Below, in pieces: positions 30,664 to 41,877 of a stretch of 63,056 bases of DNA; within the stretch, counting starts at the first letter, position 1, and every line of letters begins with the position of its first letter. Source of the stretch: an uncultured delta proteobacterium (lineage in GTDB: Bacteria > Desulfobacterota > Binatia > UBA9968); contig CAWJBB010000005.1 of NCBI GenBank assembly GCA_963840855.1, positions 1-63,056 on the forward strand, in the 5' to 3' direction. The translations under genes and the position numbers were made by a program. The notes below the pieces were generated by a model. It made no database searches, was not told where the DNA came from, and saw only the letters and a list, made by a program, of their open reading frames with translations.

Positions 30664-30676
30664 ATTGAAGTAACTA

Positions 30677-30769
30677 GGGTTCAAGCCGTTCAAACCGTTC
30701 CAATCGTTGAAGCCGTTAGAACCCTTCGAAATCTTTTGACCGATTGGAACGATTGGAACGTTTGAACGG
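30677..30769. repeat. 9-mer palindromic tandem array (GTTCAAGCC-like)
   Basis: gttcaagccgttcaaaccgttccaatcgttgaagccgttagaacc...ttgaccgattggaacgattggaacgtttgaacgg. Confidence 0.75.
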
Positions 30770-30791
30770 ATAACGTCATTTCGCACGAAGA

Positions 30792-31085
30792 TTAGCGCTT
30801 TTTCTTCCACCAGAGCCAGAGGGGCCGGATGAGGCGCCAGAGATTGAGTCCTTCGCCGGCCGTCCGCAACAATTTTCCAGCATAACCACTGGCCAGCAGA
30901 CTGGATATCCCAGCGGTGACGATGGGGTGGCTTTTGAGACCGCGCGTTAGTGCCCAGATCAACCCGCCTAGTTGAAAGGGTGAGCGTATTCGGCCGAATG
31001 CCGCGGAAATCTCGTCACGCTCCCGGGCGCACTGGGCGATCAACTTTTCTTTTCGACGGGTGATCTCGTCCAAGCGTCTACTCAC
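30792..31085 (-). CDS. YqjK-like protein
   Basis: RRKEKLIAQCARERDEI; third gene of a yqjDEK-like operon. Confidence 0.65.
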   Translation of the reverse strand: MSRRLDEITRRKEKLIAQCARERDEISAAFGRIRSPFQLGGLIWALTRGLKSHPIVTAGISSLLASGYAGKLLRTAGEGLNLWRLIRPLWLWWKKKR

Positions 31086-31491
31086 GGGACGAGGCCCTCA
31101 GCCGGTCGCGGTCTTTGGCCAGCTCGTTAAGAGTCGACGGAATAAGCCCGGGCCGCAGCAGAATTTTCTTGCGCAGCATGAGCCCGGCGGCTGCGCCGAT
31201 GCCGAGATATAGAACGGCCAAGGCTCCCACGGCGTAGACCCAGCCCTGCTGCCAAAAGATCGCAACGGCGAAGATCGTGAGCAAAACGACGCCAAGACTG
31301 AATCCGAAGAAGAGCAACAGGGTGAGAATGAGCGTTTGTTTTAGACGCTCCCGTTCTTCCTCAAGCTCGGTTACGAATAGTTCCAGGCGGGTGTGAAAAC
31401 CGGCGCTTAGCGCCGCCAGCAGCGAGCGAACAGGGTGGAAGAATCCCTTCGGCGAACGGTTGTCCGCGCCGCCGGTATCTTTATCGGTCAT
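31078..31491 (-). CDS. YqjE / phage-holin-family membrane protein
   Basis: HTRLELFVTELEEE, two TM helices, TLNELAKDR. Confidence 0.85.
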   Translation of the reverse strand: MTDKDTGGADNRSPKGFFHPVRSLLAALSAGFHTRLELFVTELEEERERLKQTLILTLLLFFGFSLGVVLLTIFAVAIFWQQGWVYAVGALAVLYLGIGAAAGLMLRKKILLRPGLIPSTLNELAKDRDRLRASSRE

Positions 31492-31501
31492 GACGGCGTA
31501 G

Positions 31502-31807
31502 TTAACTCCGCCGGATGAGCAGGCCCAGCACTAACCCGATACCCGCCGCGATGCCCACCGCGCCCCACGGGTTTTCCCGAACATAATCGTCGGCGACATC
31601 AGCGGCTTCTTTGCCTTTCTTGACGAGTATCTTTTCGGCATCCGCCAAAGACTTCTTGCCCTCGACGAGGCTCTGTTCGATTTTTTGGCGGGCGACGGAA
31701 ATCTTTTCGCCGGCCTGGGTGGCCGAAGCTTTGAGCAATTCCTCGGCGTCGCCGATCAAAGATTTAAGATCGCCTACTAGTTTCTCCTTGGCTGCTTCTC
31801 CGTTCAT
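31502..31807 (-). CDS. ElaB/YqjD (DUF883) tail-anchored protein
   Basis: DDYVRENPWGAVGIAAGIGLVLGLLIRR. Confidence 0.9.
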   Translation of the reverse strand: MNGEAAKEKLVGDLKSLIGDAEELLKASATQAGEKISVARQKIEQSLVEGKKSLADAEKILVKKGKEAADVADDYVRENPWGAVGIAAGIGLVLGLLIRRS

Positions 31808-32056
31808 AAAATCAATCCTCCTTGAGTTTGATCCCGTGCTACCCATTCATCATATTCGGCGCTTTGTGTCCTTTCAAGGCTCACGCCGGTTTTCATGGTG
31901 GCGCGCTGATTCCACTTCTAACCCGTCGGATACCCTTCATTTCAGTGTCTCCGCAGGGACCGAGCGGACAATGATTTAAGACTTCCGGGTTATTGAAACG
32001 GGCTTGACGGAAGAAGTGAACCTAAGCACAAAGAGAACGAGAGAATGCTGCGCGAA

Positions 32057-32156
32057 GCCGTTCAAGTAGTTCAACCGTCAAATCGTTCAAGCCGTCCGAG
32101 CCGAAAAGGGTTCGTTGAACGACTTGAACGAATTGGACGATTGAACGTTTGGAACA
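32057..32156. repeat. GTTCAA/TTGAAC palindromic array
   Basis: gccgttcaagtagttcaaccgtcaaatcgttcaagcc...gttgaacgacttgaacgaattggacgattgaacgtttggaac. Confidence 0.7.
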
Positions 32157-32234
32157 TACCCGAGCGGAGGGCGTGCCTTCGTGGTGAGACCAAATTATCT
32201 CGTCAATTCAATAGCTTAGAGTCGGGACAGTCAT

Positions 32235-33584
<1,350 letters not shown>

Positions 33585-33624
33585 TTAAACTCTCGCCTCG
33601 CGCCTGTTGCCTCGCGCCTGCTTT

Positions 33625-35220
33625 TCAGAGTTTCACCAATTCCGCTGACACGATTTGCGGGAGCGCGCGCAACTCTTTCAACGCCTTTTGGGGTACGACG
33701 TCGTCCACATGGGTGAAAGAGATGGCGTTGCCGCCCTTTTCACTGCGTCCCAGCTCCATGCCCGCGATGTTGATGCCGTTTTTGCCGAGTATCGTTCCTA
33801 CCGCTCCGACCACCCCGGGTACGTCGTTGTTGTGGAGAATGAGAATATAACCTTCCGGAACGGCTTCGAGGTAAAAATTATTGACGCGCACGATGCGCGG
33901 GTGTTTTTTGCCGAAGATGGCGCCTTCAATTTCCAAATCTTGTTTGCCGTTTCTCGCCTTGACGGTGATGGAGCTGGCGAAATCTTCGGAGTGCTCCCCC
34001 TTCGATTCAACGATTTGGATGCCGCGTTCTTTTGCGATCAGCGGCGCATTCACGTAGTTCACGGCGGATTCCATCACCGGCGTCAACATTCCCTTGAGCA
34101 CGGCCAGCGTCAGTGCCGCGACGTTATACTGAACGACGTCGCCGCGGTACTCGACATGGACTTCCTTAGGGAGAGCGTCGGACATTTGGACGTGGAGACT
34201 TCCCAGTTTTTCGGCCAGTGTAAGATAAGGTCTCAAGACCTCAAGAAGTTCCGGGGTCACTGATGGGACGTTGACCGCGTAGCGAACGATGCCCTTGCTG
34301 AGGAAATCCACCATTTGTTCGGCAACTGCGACGGCGACGTTTAACTGCGCTTCGTCCGTAGAAGCGCCCAGGTGCGGCGTCGTGACCACTTGCTCCAGCT
34401 TCAATAACGGATGATCCGAAGAAGGCGGCTCGTTGACGTAAACATCCAGCGCAGCGCCGGCGACTTTGCCTTCCTTGATGGCGTCGGCCAGATCCTTCTC
34501 ATCAACGATTCCGCCGCGGGCGCAGTTGATGATGCGCACGCCGGTTTTCATTTTAGCGAAGGCTTCGCGATTGAGGAGTCCCTGGGTGTCCGGTGTCAGC
34601 GGCACATGCACGGTAATAAAATCGGCTTTGGTAAAAATCTCCTCCACGCTGGTCGGCTCCACGCCCATCTTGGCGATGTTTTCAGCGGTGATGAACGGGT
34701 CGAACCCGATGACTTTCATGCGCAACCCGGCGGCGCGTTCGGCGACGATCCGGCCGACGTTGCCGAGCCCGATAACCCCGATGGTTTTGTTGCACAACTC
34801 GACGCCGACGAATTTGTCGCGCTCCCACTTGCCGCCTTTCAGCGAAGCGACCGCCCGGGGAATATGGCGCGCCATGGCCATCATGAGTGCGATGGTATGC
34901 TCGCCGGTGGTGACGTTGTTGCCGCCCGGCGTGTTCATCACGACGATGCCTTTTTTGGTCGCCGCGTCGGCATCGATATTTTCAAAGCCGACGCCGGCAC
35001 GGCCGATGACTTTCAAGTTTTTTGCCGCTTCGATGAGTTCCGCCGTGATTTTCGTGCCGCTGCGGATCACCCAGCCGTCGTAGTCGCCGCAGATTTCCAT
35101 CAGCTCGTCGGGTTTTAGCCCGATTTTAACATCGACCTCGAACCCACCGGCGTTCTGAAATACCGCGAGCCCCTCGGGGGTGAGCGAATCGGTGACGAGA
35201 ATTTTCATCTTCTGTTCCAC
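33625..35220 (-). CDS. serA: D-3-phosphoglycerate dehydrogenase (with ASB and ACT domains)
   Basis: IGRAGVG, GLGNVG, INCARGG and TPHLGAST motifs; ACT tail. Confidence 0.96.
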   Translation of the reverse strand: MEQKMKILVTDSLTPEGLAVFQNAGGFEVDVKIGLKPDELMEICGDYDGWVIRSGTKITAELIEAAKNLKVIGRAGVGFENIDADAATKKGIVVMNTPGGNNVTTGEHTIALMMAMARHIPRAVASLKGGKWERDKFVGVELCNKTIGVIGLGNVGRIVAERAAGLRMKVIGFDPFITAENIAKMGVEPTSVEEIFTKADFITVHVPLTPDTQGLLNREAFAKMKTGVRIINCARGGIVDEKDLADAIKEGKVAGAALDVYVNEPPSSDHPLLKLEQVVTTPHLGASTDEAQLNVAVAVAEQMVDFLSKGIVRYAVNVPSVTPELLEVLRPYLTLAEKLGSLHVQMSDALPKEVHVEYRGDVVQYNVAALTLAVLKGMLTPVMESAVNYVNAPLIAKERGIQIVESKGEHSEDFASSITVKARNGKQDLEIEGAIFGKKHPRIVRVNNFYLEAVPEGYILILHNNDVPGVVGAVGTILGKNGINIAGMELGRSEKGGNAISFTHVDDVVPQKALKELRALPQIVSAELVKL

Positions 35221-35301
35221 TGTCTAGCTTCCACTCTCAGTTCAAACATCGAAACTAGAAAATCGCGCGATCCGCAAAACACTATCTTCGATTCGCGGCC
35301 G

Positions 35302-36444
35302 CTAAGCGAGAGCCTCCATCAGGACTTCTTGCGCCGCCGCCACGCCCCGCCCGAAAGGAATCTCGGCGCCGAATTTTCTAAGCGCCATCTCCAGAGCGGC
35401 GACGCCAGTAATAACATCGAAAGCGCCCATATAGCCGACATGCGCCATGCGGATCGCTTTGCCCTTGAGCTGGTCTTGTCCCTCGGCCAGGGTGACGTTC
35501 ATTTTGTCGCGCAGGTAGTCGAGGACCTCGTCCGCGTCGATGCCGTTGGGCAGATAAATGCCGGTGGCGGCGGGGCTCGGGCTATCGGGCGCCAGTAATT
35601 TGAGACCCAGTGCGGTGGCGGCGGCGCGGGCAGCCCGGCATAATCGCGCATGGCGCGCATAAACGTTTTCGAGGCCTTCGCGCTGGATCATGTTCAACGA
35701 TGCGCGTAGTCCAAAAATCAGCGAAACCGCTGGTGTAAACGCGCCGGAGCCCTTCTGCTGGTTTTTTCGTTCGAGATTCAAGTCAAAATAAAAGCGCGGC
35801 AGCTTCGCCTGCTTGGTTTTTTCCCAGGCACGGTCGCTAAGAGCGATAAATCCGAGACCCGGCGGCAGCATGAGAGCCTTCTGGGAGCCGCTCACCAGGA
35901 CATCCAAACCCCATTCGTCCACCGGCATCGGCACCACGCCCACCGCGGTGACGCCGTCCACCAGAAACAGCGGGCCGTTTTTCGTGATCTGCCCGATCTC
36001 TTTCACCGGATGGAGCACCGTGGTGGAGGTTTCGCTGGCCTGGATCATGACGCCCCGAATATCGGGATCGGCCTTCAATTGCTTTTCCACGTCGGCGACT
36101 TTGGCCGCCTGGCCCCAGGGCACTTTCATTTCAATGGGGTTCAACCCGTAAGCGTTGGAGATATTGAGCCAGCGCTCGCCGAACTTGCCGCCGTTGATGA
36201 CCAGCACTTTGTCGTTAGGAGAGAATAAATTGGCAATGGAGGCTTCCATTGCGCCGGTACCGGACGAAGCGAGTATCAAGACGTCGTTTTTGGTGCCAAA
36301 AAGTTTTTTTAATCCCTCGCGGGCTTCGTCGAATACCTTGTTAAACTGCGGCGTGCGATGATGAATCATCGTTTCCGACATGGCCAACGCGACTTCGTTG
36401 GGAATCGGTGTGGGACCTGGAGACAGGAGATAGTGCTTAATCAT
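35302..36444 (-). CDS. Class V PLP aminotransferase (serine-pyruvate/alanine-glyoxylate family)
   Basis: PGPTP, SGTGAMEA and SGSQKALMLPPGL motifs. Confidence 0.93.
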   Translation of the reverse strand: MIKHYLLSPGPTPIPNEVALAMSETMIHHRTPQFNKVFDEAREGLKKLFGTKNDVLILASSGTGAMEASIANLFSPNDKVLVINGGKFGERWLNISNAYGLNPIEMKVPWGQAAKVADVEKQLKADPDIRGVMIQASETSTTVLHPVKEIGQITKNGPLFLVDGVTAVGVVPMPVDEWGLDVLVSGSQKALMLPPGLGFIALSDRAWEKTKQAKLPRFYFDLNLERKNQQKGSGAFTPAVSLIFGLRASLNMIQREGLENVYARHARLCRAARAAATALGLKLLAPDSPSPAATGIYLPNGIDADEVLDYLRDKMNVTLAEGQDQLKGKAIRMAHVGYMGAFDVITGVAALEMALRKFGAEIPFGRGVAAAQEVLMEALA

Positions 36445-36615
36445 GGTTTTTTCTCGCCGGCTCTTTGGCGATATTAGAGCGATATCCCGGCGCAAGCAAC
36501 GCGCATATCAAGGCGTGACCTTCGAGTCGACTGAGGCGTACGTTGTCTGTGCGCCGCCGGGAGGTCGAGGAGCGATGAACGCACTCAGGCGCGAATGATT
36601 GCCTTGGCATAAACC

Positions 36616-36653
36616 AAAAAAAAACCTGGACCTCTATCGTTAAGAGACCCAGG
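36616..36653 (-). terminator. Intrinsic terminator (riboswitch expression platform)
   Basis: CCTGGGTCTCT-taacgat-AGAGGTCCAGG followed by a T9 run. Confidence 0.85.
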
Positions 36654-36718
36654 CGTTCGGCCGTCTTATGGCTTTGCACTCCCTCGTGGTCGATTCCACG
36701 TTCGCCAGTCGCGCAAAA
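36647..36718 (-). ncRNA. ZMP/ZTP (pfl) riboswitch
   Basis: TTTGCGCGACTGGCGAACGTGG-aatcga-CCACGAGGGAGTGCAAAG, linker, GCCGAACGCCTGGG; matches the GACUGGCG...GGGAG...GCC-CGCCUGGG consensus. Confidence 0.9.
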
Positions 36719-36905
36719 CTTACCAGGAATTTTTATCTGGAAAGACCCAGGATGTCAACGCTTTCCAACAAGGCTGTCAGTTGCCGAATTATTTAGCGGA
36801 AGCGGGAGATCGTTTGCCCGGGCTCTGGTCTGGGTGGCGAGCGCACTTGTGCATTCTGCGTTTGCTGATATTAGTATCGCAGGTTAGCCCTCGCAAAAAG
36901 ACACA

Positions 36906-37295
36906 ATGCCATTGCTTGCTGACCTCAGACAGCGTGCGCGTGATCTGAAAGCAGAAACCTATGCTCTTTACCTCGCCGCCCGCCATCCCGAAACACCGTG
37001 GTACGCTAAGTTCTTCGTGGCCGGTGTCGTTGCCTACGCATTCAGCCCTATCGATCTAATCCCGGACTTCGTTCCGGTCTTGGGCTATTTAGACGACTTA
37101 ATATTGATCCCTATGGGGATTGCCCTCGCGATAAAAATGATTCCACCTCCTGTGTTGGCCGAATGCCGAGCACAAGCCAAAGAGTTCATGGCGAACGGCA
37201 AACCTATAAGCCGCGCCGCGGGGGCCGCAATCGTTGCGATTTGGTTAGCGTTGGCCGCTTTGTGTACTGTGTGGGCCTATGAAGCGTTTAAGTAG
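36906..37295 (+). CDS. YkvA / DUF1232 membrane protein
   Basis: YAFSPIDLIPDFVPVLGYLDDL. Confidence 0.92.
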   Translation: MPLLADLRQRARDLKAETYALYLAARHPETPWYAKFFVAGVVAYAFSPIDLIPDFVPVLGYLDDLILIPMGIALAIKMIPPPVLAECRAQAKEFMANGKPISRAAGAAIVAIWLALAALCTVWAYEAFK

Positions 37296-37415
37296 CCAAC
37301 AGCAAGTGATCGATCACCTCTGGGCGGATCTCACCGAATTCATCCCTCAAGCCCACATGCACCCATCTCGTTGGATTTGCCAAGGTGAATCGGATTGTGC
37401 AAAGATCCATCGGGC

Positions 37416-38108
37416 ATGGAGCGGTTGATCCTTTTCGACATCGATGGCACGCTGACGCGCACGCAGAACGGATATATTCCATTTAATCGGGCGATCTTGG
37501 ATACCTTTGGCGTCGCTGGCGATATCCGTTCGGTCTTTCCCGACGGCAAGACGGATCCCCGAATCCTCGAAGAGATTTTCGTCAAAGCCGAAGCGGAGAT
37601 AAGTGTTTCCGACGAACAGTTGGGGCGGTTCTCCATGAGTTTGGCGAAAGCTTATACCGGAGCGTTGCAAGATGGGACGACTACCGTCGGTGCTCTCGGC
37701 GGCGCGCCGGAGTTATTGGAGCGATTGTCCGCCCAAGGCGAGTTTGCCCAGGGCGTGGTGACGGGCAATTTCGAGGCGACGGCGCGCATAAAGCTCCAGG
37801 CCGCGGGATTGGCTTATCGATTGAATTTCGGCGCTTACGCGAGCGATTCAAGCCACCGTCCCGATTTGCCGGCAATCGCCAAACAGCGCTGGGAAATGAG
37901 CGCGGGGCGGCCCATCAGCGCCGAGCATTGCGTCATCGTCGGTGACACGCCCAAAGATCTCGAAGCGGCGCGCGCGAACGGCATGAAATGCGTGCTCGTG
38001 GGCACGGGACGATATCCCGTCGAAGACCTGCGTTATTATTCTCCCGATGCGTGCGTGGCGGATTTAACGGACACGGTTGAAATAACTGATTTGTTGCTGC
38101 GAGTTTAA
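37416..38108 (+). CDS. HAD-family hydrolase (phosphoglycolate phosphatase-like)
   Basis: LFDIDGTL, VTGN and VGDTPKD motifs. Confidence 0.9.
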   Translation: MERLILFDIDGTLTRTQNGYIPFNRAILDTFGVAGDIRSVFPDGKTDPRILEEIFVKAEAEISVSDEQLGRFSMSLAKAYTGALQDGTTTVGALGGAPELLERLSAQGEFAQGVVTGNFEATARIKLQAAGLAYRLNFGAYASDSSHRPDLPAIAKQRWEMSAGRPISAEHCVIVGDTPKDLEAARANGMKCVLVGTGRYPVEDLRYYSPDACVADLTDTVEITDLLLRV

Positions 38109-38118
38109 GGAGGGTGAG

Positions 38119-39123
38119 ATGCGCTACCGAAACATTGGCAACAGCGGGATAAATGTTTCCGAGATCGGCTTCGGCTGCGGGAACAATGCCGTGCTGATGG
38201 TGAAAGCAACCTACGAGGAGCAAAGCAAGGCGGTTCGCCGTGCGCTCGATTCGGGGATCAACTTTTTCGATACGGCGTTTGCGTACGGCTTGGGAAAATC
38301 CGAGGAAAACCTGGGTCGGATTCTGAACGATCTGGGCGCCGACCCGGTGATATCCACGAAAATTCGCCTAGATGCCGGCGCGGCGGGCGATATTAAAAGC
38401 GCGACGATCAATGCTGTCGAGGCCGGGCTCGCGAGATTAAAACGCCGCCGCGTCGATTTCATCCAGCTGCATACCCGGGTCACGTTGGAGCGGGGCATGG
38501 GCAAACGTTTTAGCTTGACTCCTAAAGATGTGCTCGGTCCCAATGGTGTCATCGAAGGACTCAAAACCATGCGCGATCGCGGCAAGGCCGGTTTCTTCGG
38601 ATTTAGCGGGCTGGGCGAGACGAGGGCGCTGCACGAGCTGGTGGATAGCGGTGAGTTTCATGGGTTTCAGTGCTACTACAATTTGCTCAATCCGAGCGCG
38701 GGCCAGCCGGTGCCCAAAGATTTTAGCGCGCTGGATTATGGACTCATCCTCGACCGGGCGGCGGCAAAAGGTATGGGCGCCTTCAACATTCGCGTTCTGG
38801 CGGCGGGGGCGCTGACTTCCGATCCTAGCACCGGCGGCGGCAGTAGTACCGAGCCTCTGTCACCGGGTTCCGATTATCCCGTCGATCTCAAACGCGCGGA
38901 AAAGGTGAAAACCGCGCTCGGTGTTGATGGCAAAGGTCTGACGCAAGCCGCGATCCGCTTCGGCTTGATGAACCCAAAAATCTCCACGGTGCTCGTCGGC
39001 TTCTCGAATACAACTCATATCGATGAAGCGGTGGCATGCTCGGGGGCGCCGGCGCTGTCGGAAGAGGAGATGGCGAAGGTCAGAAAGCTTTGGAACTCTG
39101 ACTTCGGTGGATTGTCTCAGTAG
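38119..39123 (+). CDS. Aldo/keto reductase
   Basis: VSEIGFG, GINFFDTAFAYG.G.SE and DFIQLH motifs. Confidence 0.92.
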   Translation: MRYRNIGNSGINVSEIGFGCGNNAVLMVKATYEEQSKAVRRALDSGINFFDTAFAYGLGKSEENLGRILNDLGADPVISTKIRLDAGAAGDIKSATINAVEAGLARLKRRRVDFIQLHTRVTLERGMGKRFSLTPKDVLGPNGVIEGLKTMRDRGKAGFFGFSGLGETRALHELVDSGEFHGFQCYYNLLNPSAGQPVPKDFSALDYGLILDRAAAKGMGAFNIRVLAAGALTSDPSTGGGSSTEPLSPGSDYPVDLKRAEKVKTALGVDGKGLTQAAIRFGLMNPKISTVLVGFSNTTHIDEAVACSGAPALSEEEMAKVRKLWNSDFGGLSQ

Positions 39124-39141
39124 GATTTGCGGAGACGCAGG

Positions 39142-39670
39142 GTGGCGCTCTTTTTTCATTCCGACGACGTCGATCAACGGATTTCCTTTAAAGAAGCTGT
39201 TCAGATCACGGAGAATGCGCTCCGCGACATGGTTTCGCCCGAGGGCGTCAACGCGCCGCGCAAACGGCTGAATCTTCATCGACAGATCGGCGAAGGGAAA
39301 TTCGACACGGTTCTTAATATCTACGCCGGCGGCTCGGTTTCATACGGCGCCGTTGGCGCGCAGGTGGCGCTGCACCGCAAGTCCATCGATGGCACCGCAG
39401 CAGGGCGACATCTACTGGCCGGTTCAAAACGGAGTTATTACATGGGAAAAGGTCGTCGAGATTGCCGATGTCCTTGCCGGGAAAGCCAAGGGCAGGACGA
39501 ACGACGACCAGATCATTCTTTACAAGAATCAGGGAGGGCAGGGTATCATCGACATCGCGCTTGCCAAGAAATGCTACGAGCTTGCCAAACAGCACGGGAA
39601 AGGTTACGAGATGCGCATCCAGGCGCGCGAGAATTGGTGGGTGCAGGGCGGTAGAGCAGAGACGTGGTAA
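39142..39670 (+). pseudogene. Ornithine cyclodeaminase/mu-crystallin family gene with large internal deletion
   Basis: The N-terminus (ALFFHSDDV...APRKRL) is joined out of frame near 39390 to the C-terminus (EIADVLAGKAKGRTNDDQIILYKNQGGQGIIDIALA); the NAD-binding middle is absent. Confidence 0.75.
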
Positions 39671-39753
39671 ACGATTGCCCGGTTTCGAGTTTAGTCTTTC
39701 GAGTTGAGAAAACGCCGAGGTCTTCAGGGATATCTGTCGGAGAGGGAGCGAGT

Positions 39754-40806
39754 ATGAAACAAATAAGCATGATCGTTGTCGTCACGTTAGCATTGTTTGT
39801 ATGCCTTGGGTCGCGGTCCGGGCCTGTTCACGCGCAGGTCGAATCGTTTTATAAAGGCAAGCAAATCAGAATCATCACTGGCGCCACGGCCGGCGGATTC
39901 TATGACCGATGGGCGCGGCTCCTGGCGCGCGCGATGCCCAAGTACATCCCGGGTCAGCCGGACATCATCGTGCAGAACATGCCTGGAGGCGGCTCTCTGG
40001 TGGCGATGAATTATGTTTCCGGCGTGGCGAAGCCGGACGGACTTGCCGCTGTCATGCCCAACAGCAACGTCTATCTCGAACAATTGTCAGGCCACAAAGA
40101 AGTGCGCTTCGATCTGCGCAAGTTCTACATCATCGGCTCGCAAGAAAAGAACTATATGCTGCTGTATATGCGCGCGGACGCACCCTACAAATCGATCGGT
40201 GACATCATAAAGGCGAAAGAACCGCCCAAATGCGGCAGTACTGGCATTGGCAGCGCGGGTTATGTTCTCGACCGGATTTTGGACCTTGCATTCGGCGCGA
40301 AAATCAACACGGTTATGGGTTATCCCGGCGGCAATGAGATCGATTTGGCGGTGGAAAAAGGCGAGATCCAATGCCGCGGCAATACGATCTTGCCGCACTT
40401 CGGGAGAGAGCCGTTCGACACCTGGCACAAAAGAGGTTTCGACCTACATCTCATTCAAACCGCGCGCAAACGCGACGCTCTTGTTCCCGATACGCCGACT
40501 ATTTACGAGCTCATGGACCAATACAAAACGTCCGAGACTAACCGCCGAGTTGCTAAAGTGCTGCTCGATGGCGCTGAGTTTGGCCGCTTCATGCTGGTTG
40601 CTCCCGGAACGCCGCCGGATAGAGTAAAAGCGCTCCGGGAAGCCTACGCGAAGTCGATGAAGGACCCGGAGCTTATCTCGGAGGCCAAGAAGGGGCGCAT
40701 GGATATGGACCCATCGACCGGCGAAGAGCTTCAAGCGTTGTTGCAGGAGATCATGGACCAGCCTAAAGACGTCATCGAGCGGGTGAAAAAAATACTGTCG
40801 GAATAA
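39754..40806 (+). CDS. Bug/TctC tripartite tricarboxylate transporter substrate-binding protein
   Basis: FYKGKQIRII.G..AGG.YD..AR, IVQNMPGGG and PPDRV motifs. Confidence 0.9.
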   Translation: MKQISMIVVVTLALFVCLGSRSGPVHAQVESFYKGKQIRIITGATAGGFYDRWARLLARAMPKYIPGQPDIIVQNMPGGGSLVAMNYVSGVAKPDGLAAVMPNSNVYLEQLSGHKEVRFDLRKFYIIGSQEKNYMLLYMRADAPYKSIGDIIKAKEPPKCGSTGIGSAGYVLDRILDLAFGAKINTVMGYPGGNEIDLAVEKGEIQCRGNTILPHFGREPFDTWHKRGFDLHLIQTARKRDALVPDTPTIYELMDQYKTSETNRRVAKVLLDGAEFGRFMLVAPGTPPDRVKALREAYAKSMKDPELISEAKKGRMDMDPSTGEELQALLQEIMDQPKDVIERVKKILSE

Positions 40807-40829
40807 CCAGCGCAGGAAGGGATGTCTCC

Positions 40830-41858
40830 ATGAAGAAGCTGCTCTTTGCCGTTTGCTTGGTTTTTGCGGCAAAAGAGGGACTCCACGCCCAGACTCCCTA
40901 TTACCAGGGAAAGACCGTCACCATTGTCGTCGGCACCCTCGCGGGGGATCTCTACGATCTCTACGCCCGCGCCATCGCTCTTTTCATGGGAAAGTACATC
41001 GCGGGAAATCCCAACATCATCGTGCAAAATATGCCGGGCGCGGGGCACATGATCGCGGCCAATTATATCTATAATGTCGCCAAACCGGATGGTTTGACGA
41101 TGGCGGCGATAAATGCGGGCCTTTACTTCGAACAACTCGTCGGGCGGCCTGAGGTCAAATTCGACTGGACGAAATACAACTGGATCGGCAACGCGACCAA
41201 ATCGCCGCAGGTGCTCTACATGCGCGCGGATAGCGCTTACAAAAGCATCGACGATGTGCGGAGCGCCAAAGAACCGCCGAAATGCGGCACCACGGGCACG
41301 GGTAACATGGGTTACCTCGTGCCGAAACTTTTGGAAGAAACCGTCGGCGCGAAGTTTAATGTAATTTCCGGTTACCAGGGCGGGAGCGAGATCGATCTGG
41401 CGGTGGAAAGGGGCGAAATCCAGTGCCGGTCTTTGAGCACCGAAGCGTATTTTTCGCGGGAGCCGTTTCTTACCTGGCGCAAGAATGGATTTTCGCGCGA
41501 GCTTGTTCAAGGGGGGAAAGTAAGAATCGAGAAGTTAGCCAACACACCGACGCTTTTCGAGTTGATGGACAAGTACAAAACCCCGGAGCAGGCGCGGCGC
41601 TTGGCGACGACGCTGCTGGCCTCCGGGGAGTTTCACCGCCCCTACCTCGCGCCGCCCAAGATGCGTCCCGAGCATGTAAAAATCCTCCGCGAGGCTTTCA
41701 GTAAAACGATGAAGGACCCTGAATTTCTGGCGGAGACTAAGAAAAAACGGCTCGACATCGACCCCACCACCGGCGAGGAAGTGGAGGCGCTAACCAAAGA
41801 AGTGATGAACCAGCCGCCCGAGGTAATCGAGCGGCTAAAAAAGATGATGGGGCAATAG
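40830..41858 (+). CDS. Bug/TctC substrate-binding protein
   Basis: YYQGKTVTIVVG, IVQNMPGAG and AKPDGLT motifs. Confidence 0.9.
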   Translation: MKKLLFAVCLVFAAKEGLHAQTPYYQGKTVTIVVGTLAGDLYDLYARAIALFMGKYIAGNPNIIVQNMPGAGHMIAANYIYNVAKPDGLTMAAINAGLYFEQLVGRPEVKFDWTKYNWIGNATKSPQVLYMRADSAYKSIDDVRSAKEPPKCGTTGTGNMGYLVPKLLEETVGAKFNVISGYQGGSEIDLAVERGEIQCRSLSTEAYFSREPFLTWRKNGFSRELVQGGKVRIEKLANTPTLFELMDKYKTPEQARRLATTLLASGEFHRPYLAPPKMRPEHVKILREAFSKTMKDPEFLAETKKKRLDIDPTTGEEVEALTKEVMNQPPEVIERLKKMMGQ

Positions 41859-41877
41859 ATTTTTTGTTTGTGGCCAA

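Noticed and set aside
31078-31491. Phage holin or prophage
   Set aside because: This is a YqjE-type gene in a yqjDEK operon, with no phage genes nearby
30677-32156. Repeat arrays as a CRISPR
   Set aside because: Units are 7-9 bp and degenerate with no unique spacers, and there are no cas genes
36880-37310. ykvA as an integron cassette (GTTAGCC upstream)
   Set aside because: No complementary R'' box or palindromic attC downstream
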